64,000 nt of DNA. Source: Euglena gracilis (Eukaryota). A model generated the notes under the pieces. The model worked only from the letters and a program-made list of their open reading frames with translations. It made no database searches and had not been told where the DNA came from. Positions within the stretch are counted from its first letter, which is position 1. The number at the start of each line of letters is the position of its first letter. Both the position numbers and the translations under genes were made by a program. The DNA lies in the NCBI GenBank assembly GCA_039621445.1, contig CP154954.1:1-64000 (forward strand), in the 5' to 3' direction. This document shows positions 1 to 31,258 of this stretch, piece after piece.

Positions 1-214
1 AAAGGACGAGGAGAACACGAGAGAAAGAAACGAAGCACACAGACGGGCAGAGCAGAAAGCGGGCCAAAGGGAAAGAGAAGCGAGAAACGGGGGAAGAGAG
101 AGAGAGAGGAGGGGCGGAAAGGAGGGGAAGAAGAAAACGCAGGGGGCAGAGGGGAGGAAGAAAAAAGACCCCGGGCGGAAACAAAAAAGAAAAAAGGGAG
201 CAGGAGGGGCAGCG
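1..214. other. Purine-rich low-complexity leader, probably low-quality read end
   Basis: Mostly A/G with some C and no T. Abrupt switch to chloroplast sequence at ~215. Unlike the ~25% GC plastid DNA. Confidence 0.7.
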
Positions 215-431
215 AAAACAAGAACAAAAATTTCAATACTCTTAAAAAAATTGAAATAAAAAATACTGTTTTATACACTTTCAAAAATTATTTAGTATAT
301 TTTTTACTAAAATCCTGAAATAAGTCTTACTTGAAGGATTTTTAATTTTTTGAAATTAGACAAAAGTTCAAATCAACATAAAAGTATAAATTATATAAAA
401 ATGCGTCAGACTTTATTTGTTGTCATAAATT

Positions 432-1351
432 TTATTTAGTAAATTGATCCATTTGTTCTAAAGCATTGAAACGATCAGAAATTAAAGGAGCTTGTTGTCT
501 TGTTTCTGTAAAATATTCGCTTGGACGAGGTGTACCAAAAATGTCATAAACAATTCCCGTGCTTACAAAAATCCAACCTCCAACAAATAATGACGGTATA
601 GTTACACTATAAAACTAAAAACAATAGAAAAAGTTTTTGTTTAAAAACTGTTGGAATGAACTATACAAAAACAGCTTATAATAAAATAATCTTCTGTTAT
701 CTAAGGAAAACCAAACAAAATAAATAACAGTTTTACAAAATATTAAAATTTAGTAAACAAAATATAAAATAAAAAATCCCTAAAATAAACACGTATTATT
801 TAGGTGCAAAAATATAAAAATAAAAAATTTTTTTGTTAAGTAAAATCAAAAATAATCTGCAATTTATTTCATTCACAAGAAAAACATTTGATTATTAAAA
901 TTTTTAAAACATTTAATATTAAGAAAATACACACATGAATTACCCAATAACGAATACTAGTAATATGAAATTAAACTTCCAAAGCTCATACCAAAACCGT
1001 ACAAACAAATACACTTGAGCTGTATACGGATTGAAAATTTAAAATAAAATTAAAAAATATAAAACAAATTTTATTTTACTTATAAAAAAATAAACAATGT
1101 TGAGATTTACTTTTAAAAAACTAAAAAATAGTAATAATTATTGTTAAACTTTCAAGGAAATACTTAAAAAATTATTTCAAAAATTATATAAACTAAATAA
1201 TAAGATAATAAAAAAAGATCAAAAAAGAAATATACTTATTAAACTTACACGTTTATCTCAAAGGATATTAATAAAATATTTGATAATAAAAAATGTATAT
1301 TCCAACGCGCACAATATCAGAAAAAGGACGTTCTCCTGTTGAGCCTGCCAT
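432..1351 (-). CDS. psbE: psbE, mirrored copy (2 introns)
   Basis: Reverse complement of 18860-19781; begins [13 protein letters not shown]. Confidence 0.9.
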
Positions 1352-1435
1352 ATTAAATTTCCCTTTAAAAAAAGCCCATAACAATTACTATATTCTAAAA
1401 TCATTAATTAACAAATAATAAGTAAAAAATTTTTA

Positions 1436-6915
<5,480 letters not shown>

Positions 6916-6926
6916 TTAAGATATAA

Positions 6927-13282
<6,356 letters not shown>

Positions 13283-13293
13283 TTATATCTTAA

Positions 13294-18775
<5,482 letters not shown>

Positions 18776-18859
18776 TAAAAATTTTTTACTTATTATTTGT
18801 TAATTAATGATTTTAGAATATAGTAATTGTTATGTTTTATTTTTAAAGGGAAATTTAAT

Positions 18860-19781
18860 ATGGCAGGCTCAACAGGAGAACGTCCTTTTTCTGATATTGT
18901 GCGCGTTGGAATATACATTTTTTATTATCAAATATTTTATTAATATCCTTTGAGATAAACGTGTAAGTTTAATAAGTAAAATTCTTTTTTGATCTTTTTT
19001 TATTATCTTATTATTTAGTTTATATAATTTTTGAAATAATTTTTTAAGTATTTCCTTGAAAGTTTAACAATAATTATTACTATTTTTTAGTTTTTTAAAA
19101 GTAAATCTCAACATTGTTTATTTTTTTATATAAGTAAAATAAAATTTGTTTTATATTTTTTAATTTTATTTTAAATTTTCAATCCGTATACAGCTCAAGT
19201 GTATTTGTTTGTACGGTTTTGGTATGAGCTTTGGAAGTTTAATTTCATATTACTAGTATTCGTTATTGGGTAATTCATGTGTGTATTTTCTTAATATTAA
19301 ATGTTTTAAAAATTTTAATAATCAAATGTTTTTCTTGTGAATGAAATAAATTGCAGATTATTTTTGATTTTACTTAACAAAAAAATTTTTTATTTTTATA
19401 TTTTTGCACCTAAATAATACGTGTTTATTTTAGGGATTTTTTATTTTATATTTTGTTTACTAAATTTTAATATTTTGTAAAACTGTTATTTATTTTGTTT
19501 GGTTTTCCTTAGATAACAGAAGATTATTTTATTATAAGCTGTTTTTGTATAGTTCATTCCAACAGTTTTTAAACAAAAACTTTTTCTATTGTTTTTAGTT
19601 TTATAGTGTAACTATACCGTCATTATTTGTTGGAGGTTGGATTTTTGTAAGCACGGGAATTGTTTATGACATTTTTGGTACACCTCGTCCAAGCGAATAT
19701 TTTACAGAAACAAGACAACAAGCTCCTTTAATTTCTGATCGTTTCAATGCTTTAGAACAAATGGATCAATTTACTAAATAA
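18860..19781 (+). CDS. psbE: Cytochrome b559 alpha; exons 18860-18898, 19249-19278, 19605-19781
   Basis: [35 protein letters not shown]... Confidence 0.95.
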
Positions 19782-19786
19782 AATTT

Positions 19787-20955
<1,169 letters not shown>

Positions 20956-21062
20956 CCTTTAAAATTTTGTTAAAATAAAGTGTAAAGTTTTGTTTAAAGT
21001 TATACTTTTTTATATTTTTTAATCTAAGGTTTAACATATTTTTTTATTATAAATTATTTATT

Positions 21063-21179
21063 ATGGCACAAACAAATTCAAATAAAAAAACAGTCGAATT
21101 AAATAGGACAAGTTTATACTGGGGACTATTATTAATTTTTGTTTTGGCTGTTCTATTTTCTAGTTATATCTTTAATTAG
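21063..21179 (+). CDS. psbL: Photosystem II protein L
   Basis: [38 protein letters not shown]. Confidence 0.95.
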   Translation: MAQTNSNKKTVELNRTSLYWGLLLIFVLAVLFSSYIFN

Positions 21180-21267
21180 TTATTATTAATTAAAGTCTGC
21201 TTCTTGAAGCAAATATTTTTGTAGTATTTTTTTTTAACATTTTTTTATTATTTTGGGAGAAATATTT

Positions 21268-21396
21268 ATGTCTAATTCAGAAAATACAGGTAGAATTCCA
21301 CTTTGGTTAGTTCTTACAATAATCGGTTTAGCAGCGATTGCACTTCTTGCTCTTTTTTTTTATGGCTCTTATTCGGGTTTAGGTTCTTCTTTATAA
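21268..21396 (+). CDS. psbJ: Photosystem II protein J
   Basis: [15 protein letters not shown]...[13 protein letters not shown]. Confidence 0.95.
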   Translation: MSNSENTGRIPLWLVLTIIGLAAIALLALFFYGSYSGLGSSL

Positions 21397-21543
21397 GTTT
21401 TTTATAATACTTTTATATTCTTAATATATATTTTAGTTTATTCGGTAATTAATATATTATCGAATAAATTTTTCTAAATTTTTATAATTTAAAAAAGGTT
21501 ATTATTTCCTTGTTTTTTTTTGTTAGTATTTTGTTTACTTTAT

Positions 21544-22154
21544 ATGTTTTATTTTATTTCTAGAAAATTTTATGATCAGTTTAAGTATGGGTGTGTTCTT
21601 ATATTTTTTTTTTATAATATATTTATTTATTTTTTTTTTTAATGTTAATTTTTTTTTGAATATTTATAAATACTTTTGATTTTTTTTTAAATCTCAAATT
21701 TTGACCGATAAGACTAATAAACTTTTAAAAAATAATGTTTATACTTTTGATGTTGATATACAAATGTTTTGAATGTTTATAGTAGCTGTATTTTTAGTTT
21801 GTAGTTTTATATTATAAAAATTTTAATTAATTACTTTTATTTTTTTAGTATTTTATAACTTCATAAGTAAAAGGCAATTTAAAGATCTTATTGAAACTGC
21901 TTTTAGTGTTAAAATTACTTCAGTTAATAGCTATGTAAAATCTAGTAAATATTATCGTTCAAATAATTTTGAGGGTATGAAAAAATATTATAAAAGAATG
22001 TTTATTAAATTAGTGAGATTATATTATTATATTATATTGGGAAATAAATATAACTTTTGTTTTCAATTAATTCTTTTTTGTTTAATTTCTTTTAAGGATT
22101 TTAATCAATTTATATAATGACTTAGAAACAATTCCTTTTTTTTCTTGTCTCTAG
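21544..22154 (+). CDS. rpl23: 50S ribosomal protein L23 (short ~100-nt group III introns)
   Basis: Exon pieces LTDKTNKLLKNNVYTFDVD and FKDLIETAFSVKITSVNS...KRMFIKL; position before rpl2. Confidence 0.75.
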
Positions 22155-22308
22155 TTAATTTTTATTGTTTTAGTAGTGGCATTTATAGGTGAGTTTTACT
22201 TTATTTGTTTAAAAATAATTTAGTTTTTTATTTTTAACCTAAAATTTTTTAATTCTAATTTTTTCGATGTATTTAGTATATACTTTAATAGTTTACTAAT
22301 TTTTTAAT

Positions 22309-23142
22309 ATGATTATTCGTTATTACAAACCATATACATCAGGGACTCGTAAACGTTCTGTTAGTAATTTTTCAGAAATTACAAAATCTAATCCTGAAAA
22401 ATATTTAACATTTTTTGTTCATAGGTCAAAAGGACGGAATTCCCGTGGTGTGATTACTTGCCGAACTTTAGGTGGTGGTCACAAACGCTTGTATCGCAGA
22501 ATAGAGTTTAAACGTAATAAGCTAGGTATTTTAGGAAAAGTTATTTCTATTGAATACGATCCTAATAGGAATGCTCGAATTGCTTTAATTTATTATAAAA
22601 ATGGTGATAAGTCTTATATTATTCATCCAAAAGATTTGTGCGTTGGTAATAATATTATTTCTGATTTTTTTTCTCCTATTAAAATAGGAAATTCTTTACC
22701 CATAAGCAAAATACCATTAGGTACTATTATTCATAACGTAGAGTTTGAGCCTGGAAAAGGTGGTCAAATTGCAAGGGCTGCTGGAACTTTTGTACAAATA
22801 TTGGCCAATGAAGGAAAATTTGTTACTATAACAATGCCTTCGGGAGAAGTTCGTTTATTACGACGTTATTGTTGGGCTACTATTGGTCAAGTTGGAAATC
22901 TTGATCATTCTAATGTCGTTTTAGGAAAAGCTGGAAGAAATCGCTGGTTAGGAAACAAACCAACAGTTCGTGGTGTAGCTATGAATCCTTGCGATCACCC
23001 TCATGGAGGAGGCGAAGGCAGAAGTCCTATAGGTAGACCAAAGCCTGTTACGCCTTGGGGTAAACCAGCATTAGGTAAAAAGACAAGATCACCTAAACGA
23101 TTTAGTAATAAATATATAATTCGCTCTAGAAAAATGGTTTAA
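22309..23142 (+). CDS. rpl2: 50S ribosomal protein L2
   Basis: Uninterrupted ORF with [10 protein letters not shown] and [20 protein letters not shown]. Confidence 0.98.
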   Translation: MIIRYYKPYTSGTRKRSVSNFSEITKSNPEKYLTFFVHRSKGRNSRGVITCRTLGGGHKRLYRRIEFKRNKLGILGKVISIEYDPNRNARIALIYYKNGDKSYIIHPKDLCVGNNIISDFFSPIKIGNSLPISKIPLGTIIHNVEFEPGKGGQIARAAGTFVQILANEGKFVTITMPSGEVRLLRRYCWATIGQVGNLDHSNVVLGKAGRNRWLGNKPTVRGVAMNPCDHPHGGGEGRSPIGRPKPVTPWGKPALGKKTRSPKRFSNKYIIRSRKMV

Positions 23143-23201
23143 TATCTACTATTTTCCTTGTTATTATTTTGTTTATTTTTTATTTTGTTTATTTTTTATT
23201 T

Positions 23202-23686
23202 ATGTCTCGTTCTTTAAAAAAAGGTCCTTTTGTTTTTTATTCATTAATAAAAAAAGTTGACCAAATGAATTCGAATCGTTTTTGAGATTTGACCTTATGT
23301 TTTTAATTAATTTTTATTTTAGAATCATATATAATACTAATTTATTTATTTTTTTGTTTTTAAATGAAAACTTTAGATCTTTTTTAAATCTGTAATATTA
23401 ACTTGGTCCCGTTCCTGTACTATTATTCCAATTATGATTGGAAATACAATAGGCGTTTATAATGGAAAGGAGCATATACCCGTTTTAGTTTCCGATCAAA
23501 TGATAGGTCACTTTTGATTTTATAATTTTTGTAATAAAAAATTTAAAGTTTATTTTCTTATATTATTGTGGGTTTTTTATTAATAAAATGGATTTATTAA
23601 ACCTTATAAAATTAGGTGAATTTGTGCAAACTAGAAATTATCGTGGTCATAAAAAGCATGATAAAAAAACTAAGACTAAGAGATAG
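23202..23686 (+). CDS. rps19: 30S ribosomal protein S19 (2 group III introns)
   Basis: [11 protein letters not shown]...[10 protein letters not shown]...VYNGKEHIP...GH|KLGEF. Confidence 0.92.
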
Positions 23687-23796
23687 TAGAATTATTTTAT
23701 ATGTTATGTAATTTTTGCATGTATTAAGAACTTTTTAAATATTAGTATGGATACTTTTTATACAGTTTTTATATAATTTTATGTTATTTTTTACTG

Positions 23797-24494
23797 ATGG
23801 AACAAAAAAAACCTTTAGAATCTTCAGCTTCAATAAAGTACGTTAGAATTTCTCCTTTTAAAGTTAGGAGAATTTTAAATCAAATTAAAGGTCGTTCTGC
23901 AAAAGAGGCTTTAATGATTTTAAAATTTATGCCTTATAAACCTAGTACTCTTATTTTTAAGCTTCTTAAAAGCGCCGTTTCTAATTCAATAAAAAATTAC
24001 GATGAAGATGCAAATGTTTTGCGTGTTCTCGAAGCTAGAGCAGATGCTGGACCTATCTTGAAACGTTTATGTCCACATGCACAAGGTAGGGGTTTTCCTA
24101 TTAAAAAACGAACATGTCATATAACTATTATTGTCTGAATTTGAATTATTTCGTAGTTTTCTTTTGCAACTCTAATTGTTGTTTTAGTGAGTTTGTTTTT
24201 CTAAATAAAAGATAAATAACTTTTTATTTTTGATGAATTTTAAGTTTATTTGTTTTTTTTATTTGTTGAATTTGGTTTATGGTTTAAAAATTTTAATTTA
24301 TTTTTCATTTCAAAACAGATTTATTTTATTCATTTTTTTGTTTAAAAAGCGATTGGAAATACTATCAAAAATTTTTATAGTTTTATAGGTATTTTAAATG
24401 TATATTTGTATTAATGAAGCTGTATGTTGTAAACGCTTGTACAGATTTTAGAAGGATTATAATTTCTATTCAATTAAAATTATCCATTTTATAA
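23797..24494 (+). CDS. rpl22: 50S ribosomal protein L22; main exon 23797-24132, probable 3' group II intron (~24133-24479) and tiny terminal exon
   Basis: RISPFKVRR...AQGRGFPIKKRTCHITI. GTCTG boundary and domain V-like GAAGCTGTATG...TACAG at ~24416-24450. 3' end approximate. Confidence 0.88.
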
Positions 24495-24768
24495 AAATTT
24501 TTGTTAACTTATTGCATTTTGTTTTTGTAATTTATTTTATTAAGTGTTGGAACCTCATTAATCAGAAAAAACTTATTTTTTACATTAACTGGTCATTTTG
24601 TTTTGAAAAAATTTGAAAGATTAAATTTATAGAAAAAAGATTAAATCTCTATTAATAAATAATCAAAACAATAATCGTTTTTAAATTTACCTGGTATTTA
24701 TTTGTTGTTCGTAGTTTATTTTTATATTATTTTCAATTAAGATTTTAGCATTAGTTGTTTTTTTTTTT

Positions 24769-25936
24769 ATGGGTCAAAAAGTTCACCCTTTAGGGTTTAG
24801 GCTAGGTATTACTATTGAGATACAAAATATTATTTATTTCGTAATAAATATTTTATTCTATTATTAACTTGTGTTTTATCTAAAATATTTATAGTGCGAT
24901 ACTAAAGTTCTAAAGTTAATTTTTATAATTTTTTGGTCTTATTTACTTTAAAATTTATAAGATAGCTTCAATTCGTTAAATATTATTTTGAGGTCGATTT
25001 TTTATATTTTTCTATTAAGTGTTGTTTTTAATGTTTATTTTTCCTTATTTATTTTTTTTGTAGAAAAAGTTTTTATTCTTATTTTGAGGATAATTTGATT
25101 TATATTTTATTAGAATTAGAGATTTTATACCCGAGTTTTTATTTTAGCTATATGCTTTTAATAAGCTTGTTTTGTTTTGAAAGTATTTTATTTTTAACTT
25201 TAAAAAGAGTTTTCTATTTTCTTAGTCGCATAGTTCATTTTGGTATGTGGAAAGGAGGCATTACGCTAGTTTTGTAAAAGAAGACATCGTTATCCGTAAT
25301 TTTATGAATAAAGAGCTTTTAGAGACTTTAATTTCGTTGATAAAGATAGAAAGAATATATGAATTTAGTGAACAAAGAAATAACACAATAGTCTATATTC
25401 ATGTTGCCAGACCAGAACGTGTAATAGGAAGAGATGGCCAGGGATTATCTCGTATTAGGGATATATTGATTGATAGGATGAATTATCTGTTGGGTAAGAC
25501 TCCTCGTATTATTACTTGTAAGGTTGTAGGAGTGACCTCTCCTAATTTAGATGCCAGACTTCTTGCCGACTCAGTTCGTCGAGAATTAGAAAAACGAACA
25601 CCTTTTATAAGGGCTATGAAAACTGTAATGTTGCAAGCAATGAAGGCAGGAGCAGAGGGTATAAAGGTTCAAGTTTCTGGACGTTTAAATGGTATAGAAA
25701 TTGCTAGGACGGAATGGTTTAGGGAAGGAAGAGTTCCTCTTCATACTTTGAGGGCAGATATAGATTATTTTAATGATATAGCTCATAAGATATTTCTTTT
25801 ATTTTTATAAAATTTAGTATAATTTTATAAATTTTTCTTTATTTTTATTTTTTGTTTTATTTTAAATAAATTTTATTAATTTTATAATACGATTTATGGA
25901 GTTTTAGGGATAAAGGTTTGGGTATATAAAGTTTAG
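24769..25936 (+). CDS. rps3: 30S ribosomal protein S3; intron 1 (24815-25223) is a mixed twintron, intron 2 is group III
   Basis: MGQKVHPLGFRLG...GRLNGIEIARTEW...GRVPLHTLRADIDY...TIYGVLGIKVWVYKV*. Confidence 0.95.
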
Positions 25937-26043
25937 CGTCTTTTAATTTTTTTTTTTATTGATATTTATATTATTTTTATTTTTCGCTATATTGTAAAAC
26001 ATTTTGTTTTCTTTTTTTATAGATTTAATTGGAACTTTATTAA

Positions 26044-28760
26044 ATGGAATTTTTTGCGTCATTAATTTTGTATTATTTTAAAATATTTTTTATGAAAAAT
26101 TCCTTCTTTATAATCCTTCAATATTTTAAAGATCAAATTTAATTTTATAAAATTTAACTTTTTTCTAAATTTTGGAATTTTTATTTATTTTTACTTGTTA
26201 AAATAACAATAATATACAGTATTAACTGAAATTGTTATTAATAAATCATTTATATTCTAATAAAAGCATGCATTATTAGTATTATTAGTAATACCTGAAC
26301 GAAACATGTATATTTTATATTCATTTATTGAAAAGCTGTACTATATGAAAATATTTTTTACAGTTTGTGAACAAATTTTTAATTAAAAGTTTTAGTTCAT
26401 TAGTTTACGAATTTGCATCATTTTTTGTAAAAATTTTATTTTATTTTATTATTTATACTTATTTGATTATTTTTATGAGGTTTTAAAACAGCACTTTTTT
26501 TGATAATACTGTTTCCTTAACACAACATAAAATTTATTTAGCATCTAAAAAATCAGATATATTTTTGGTTAAAAACAAACAACGGCGTTTTTTTAAAAGT
26601 TTTTATGCTCATATTTTTTCTGTTCGTAATTGCTTTGAAAAATTTCCTTCTTTACAATCGTATTTTTATTCTTCTAAGGATAAATTTTTTCTAGTATCAC
26701 TTTTATCTTCGAAAAGAAATTTATTTCTCCATGGTTTTTTTTATAACATTAAAAACGCGTTTTTGTTTTATTCTTATGATTTTTTTCTTCTATATAAATT
26801 ATCTTTTAGTCTTTTGTTAACAAGTACTCTTTTACCTTATATTAATGATATTAATCCTTGTTTTATAAAAGATTATTATTTTTTTGTTGAAGGCAACTTT
26901 TTTGATTTTGAACAAATTTTAATAGATGTTTTTAAGTACTCTTATTATTTTAAGGTCGAAAATTTTAAGTTTTTATATTTTGCTCGTTTTTCTTGGATTT
27001 ATAAAAATTTTCCTTTGGATGTAAATTTTTTAAAAAATTTTTTAGACCGTAAAAATTTGGTTTTTTTTAAGTCACTTTTTTTAATAATTTTTAATTTTAT
27101 ATTTAATGGATTGTTGCGAATTACTATTTAATGTGTTTTTTGAGAATTCTTAAACTTGTATTTTTAATAAAGTTATTCATTAGAAATAGAATTTTTTTTG
27201 CAGGTATTAAATTTTTGTATTATTAAATCATTAATTTTTTAATGAATTATCAATTTCTTCAAGATTTGTATAATAAAAAAAGAATATTTTTGTTAATAAG
27301 TAATTACGTAATCACCTTTTTTCGTTTTTGTAGTGAACTATAATGCTGTATTCTAAAATTGATTTTGTAGCTTTTTTTTAAAGCTATGTAATTTTTACGC
27401 ATGGTTTATATACAAATATATTTATATTTAGTTTTTTAATTTTTTTTTTCAAGAAGTGCGTATTGTTTGCTTTTTAAAAGTTTTATTTAAAAACTTAATA
27501 TTTTCGTTTCTTTCATAGGTTCTTTTTTATAAATTATTTTCAATTATTCAAAATAAAAATTACATAAGAAATAATTTGGAAAAATTTTCAGAAATTTTTG
27601 TTCTGAGTTTAATTGAAAAATCTGAATTTAAAAGTTTAAAATTTATTCATTTAAAAATAAGTTCTATTAAAAATTTTAACTAAAAAAACAATAAAAGTTA
27701 ATTCTATTGATTTAATCAAAATTAGACGTTTAGGATTATTCTACGCAATTTTTATTGTAATTTTTCCATTTGAAATTATGTTTCTAAAAATGAAATTTTT
27801 ATATCTTGAACTTATTGTTTCAGATAAAAAGCCTATTACAATTTGATTTGTATGATTAGGTTTGTTAAAAAACTTGTTAAAAGTCTATTTAAAAATTTTT
27901 TTATTAGTTATAAAGTTTATTATTTGTTTTATATAGATAAATTTTATTTTTTTTTTAAGTTTCCTTATGATTTTTTTATTTGTAAAAAAATTATTATATC
28001 TTTTTTTAGTCTTCGAGGGATTATTTTGAATATTAATATTAATTCTTTTTATAGATTTGAGACGTTTGTATTTAATTTTTTTATTTTCGATTTTTTAAGA
28101 TTTGGTTCAAATATTTTATTGCATATTAATAAAAAACATATACAATTTTATAAACTAAGTTTAAAAATGATTGTAAAAATGTTTTTAAAAAAAAGTGTAT
28201 TTTTTTTAGTAAATTTATTGAATAAAAAAATTTTAGATTGTTTAAACAGAGGTTTTTTTTGTTTTAATAACAATTTTCTATTTTTAGAATTAGATCTTTA
28301 TCTTTACCGATTATTGTGGAGATATATAAAAAAACTTCATTCTAGAAAAACTAGAACTTGGATTTACTCTAAATATTGGAAATTTTTTTCAGGAATTTGG
28401 AGATTTTTCATTACTGATATAAAAACAGGAAATTTTTTATTTTTAAAGTCTCATTTGTATTCTTCGAAATATTTTTATAGTTATAGAAATATGAAATTTA
28501 AAATATCTAATACTTTAAATATATTCAACTTATATAATAAAGGAAAATTAGAACGTATGATATTTGAAAAGTTCAAATATAAATTTTCACCTAATTTTAT
28601 TGTCTTATATAATAATCAGAGGGGACTATGTTTCTTTTGTAAAAAATCGATTTATTCGAATCGTTTTGTAATTTTGAACATAAAAAAGTGGAACTTTAGT
28701 TTCTTTGAAAATTTGATTTTAATTCATTTTTATTGTAATAATTTTAATCAGTTGCAATGA
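26044..28760 (+). CDS. roaA: Intron-split maturase-like ribosomal-operon-associated protein
   Basis: Lies between rps3 and rpl16. Last exon has group II maturase domain X-like LDLYLYRLLWRYIKKLHSRK..WIYSKYW and a CxxC...NL.LIH..C tail. Start approximate. Confidence 0.75.
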
Positions 28761-28816
28761 ATTTACCTAATTTAGAAATTTATTATCTTTTATTTTCGTT
28801 GTTTTTATAGTCTTAT

Positions 28817-29879
28817 ATGTTAAGTCCTAAGCGAACGAAGTTTCGTAAATATCATAGAGGTAGATTAACAGGTAAAATCTATATGAGACTTTTTTTATGT
28901 AAAAAATAAAATTTTTATTGCGTTTTACCACGATAGTTATTTTATTCGATTTGATTTAAGTGAAATTTTTTATTTAATTGATAAAGTTGTTTTTGGTAAT
29001 TATGCTTGTGCGATCTAAATAATTTAAAAAATTAATTATGAGTAAATTTAATTATTTTTTGTTTAAGTTTTAAATTATTGTAATTAAATATCTTTAATAG
29101 CATTTTATTCTTAACGTAATAAATGTTTAATAATTTTAAATTTTAAGTATTAAATATTTTTTTGAGCTAATAAAAATTAAAATAATAAAAAATACATTTA
29201 ATCTTTACTAAAATTAAGTAGATTATTATTAAAATTTTTTATTTTATATTATGATATACAATTTGATTTTGTACTTATTTTACTTTTTTTAAATTTATTA
29301 ATTAAAAGCCAAATGCATTACATTTTGCTTGTTTGGATTTTTTAAGGCATATTGTACTTGTTTTACAATCATTAGAGCCTGGTTGGATAACTTCACGTCA
29401 AATTGAAGCTGCTTTGTGGTTTTTTGTGATTTCTAATAAATTTATATAGATTTTTTGCTTTCAAAGTTATTTAATAAATTTTTATTGTTTATAAACTTTT
29501 TTGGTTTTCGATAAAAAAGGTTTTTTAACTTATTTACTTATAAGATGATTTTTCTTAATTGTTTTATTTTAAATAAATTTTTACTGTTTTCTTTTCTAAA
29601 AAAAAATTTTTTTATTTAATTCGTAGAGTTATTACAAGATATGCAAAACGTGGGGGCAAACTTTGGATAAGAATTTTTCCCGATAAGCCTGTAACATTTC
29701 GAGCAGCCGAAACTCGCATGGGTTCAGGGAAAGGAAATGTAGAATATTGGGTTGCAATTGTAAAACCTGGAAAAATTCTTTACGAAGTATTGGGTATTTC
29801 AGAATCCATTGCAAAGTATTCTTTAAAAATAGCAGGATATAAAATGCCTATTAAAACTCGTGTTATTGTTAAAATTTAA
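28817..29879 (+). CDS. rpl16: 50S ribosomal protein L16 (3 introns)
   Basis: [15 protein letters not shown]...[14 protein letters not shown]...[11 protein letters not shown]...RMGSGKG. Confidence 0.95.
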
Positions 29880-29974
29880 AACTGTTTAATGCTAATTGTT
29901 TTTGTTAATAATATTTTTGGTAAAATTCTTATTTTGGTAGTTCTTCGTTCTTTATAATTTATTTTTTAGTTTAG

Positions 29975-30448
29975 ATGATTAAACCACAAACATATTTGAA
30001 AATTGCGGATAATACTGGAGCACAAAAAATTATGTGTATTCGTATATTAGGACCAAATTGTCAGTATGCGAATATTGGTGATATAATAATAGCGGTTGTA
30101 AAATTGTGTATTAGAGTTAATAATTTATATATCTTTTTATGTTTTTATTATTTTATTATTCTTTTATATTGATATTGTTTATAAATTTATAAAGATTTTA
30201 TCTATTTTAAAGAAGCTATTCCTAACATGGTTGTTAAAAAATCAGATATTGTTAAAGCTGTTATTGTTAGAACTGTTAAAGGAGTACGTAGAGAAAGTGG
30301 AATGGCAATTCGTTTTGACGAAAATGCTGCTGTCATAATTAATAATGATCGTTCACCTAAAGGTACAAGAATTTTCGGCCCCATTGCTCGCGAATTGCGA
30401 GAAAAGGAATTCGTAAAAATAATGTCCTTAGCGCCAGAGGTTGTGTGA
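29975..30448 (+). CDS. rpl14: 50S ribosomal protein L14 (group III intron ~30104-30211; a further terminal intron is possible)
   Basis: [16 protein letters not shown]...[11 protein letters not shown]...[12 protein letters not shown]. Confidence 0.93.
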
Positions 30449-30634
30449 TACAATAAAGACTTCTCATAATAAGTTGTTTTTCATTTTTAGCGTATATCTA
30501 TATTTTCTTAATTTTTTGTATGTGTGTTTTTTTATTATAAATTTTACTTTTATCATTCCTATTTATAGTTCCAAAATATTTTTATTAAAATTTAGTGTAG
30601 TAGTAATAATATTTAAAAAGGATTTTATAAAAAA

Positions 30635-31174
30635 ATGCAAAGATTAAAATCGTTTTATTTAGAAACTATCATTCCCAAACTTAAAGAAGAATTTGGTTAT
30701 GTTAATTCTTATAGGGTTCCTAAATTAAAAAAGATTGTTATAAATCGAGGATTTGATGAATCTTGTCAAAATTCAAAAATTTTGGAAGTTTTATTAAATG
30801 AATTAGAAATTATTTCTGGTCAAAAGCCTATTATAAGTAAGGCGAAAAAAGCTATTGCTAACTTTAAACTTAAAGAAAAGATGCCTGTTGGTATGTTTTT
30901 GACTTTGCGTAGTGAAAAGATGTACAGTTTTTTAGACCGGTTAATTAATCTATCTTTACCTAGAATTAGAGATTTTCAAGGAATAAACAAGAATTGTTTT
31001 GATGGATCAGGTAACTTTAGTTTTGGGTTAAGTGAACAATCAATGTTCCCTGAAATTAACTTTGATAAAATGATTAAAGTACAAGGTTTGAATATAACAA
31101 TCGTTACAACTGCTGAAACGAATCAAGAAGCTTTCTTTCTTTTAAAAGAATTAGGTATCCCGTTCCGAGATTAA
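30635..31174 (+). CDS. rpl5: 50S ribosomal protein L5
   Basis: VPKLKKIVIN...LPRIRDFQG...FDGSGNFSFG. Confidence 0.97.
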   Translation: MQRLKSFYLETIIPKLKEEFGYVNSYRVPKLKKIVINRGFDESCQNSKILEVLLNELEIISGQKPIISKAKKAIANFKLKEKMPVGMFLTLRSEKMYSFLDRLINLSLPRIRDFQGINKNCFDGSGNFSFGLSEQSMFPEINFDKMIKVQGLNITIVTTAETNQEAFFLLKELGIPFRD

Positions 31175-31258
31175 TTTTTATACTTTTTTTTACGTGTTAA
31201 GATGTACAAAATCTATTTTTTATTAATAGTAATTTTATTGTTTTATTTTTAGAATTTT

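Noticed and set aside
1-214. Purine-rich leader; CCGGGCGGAAACAAAAAAAG (~171) resembles 58082-58100
   Set aside because: Short low-complexity match in apparent read-end noise; no other support.
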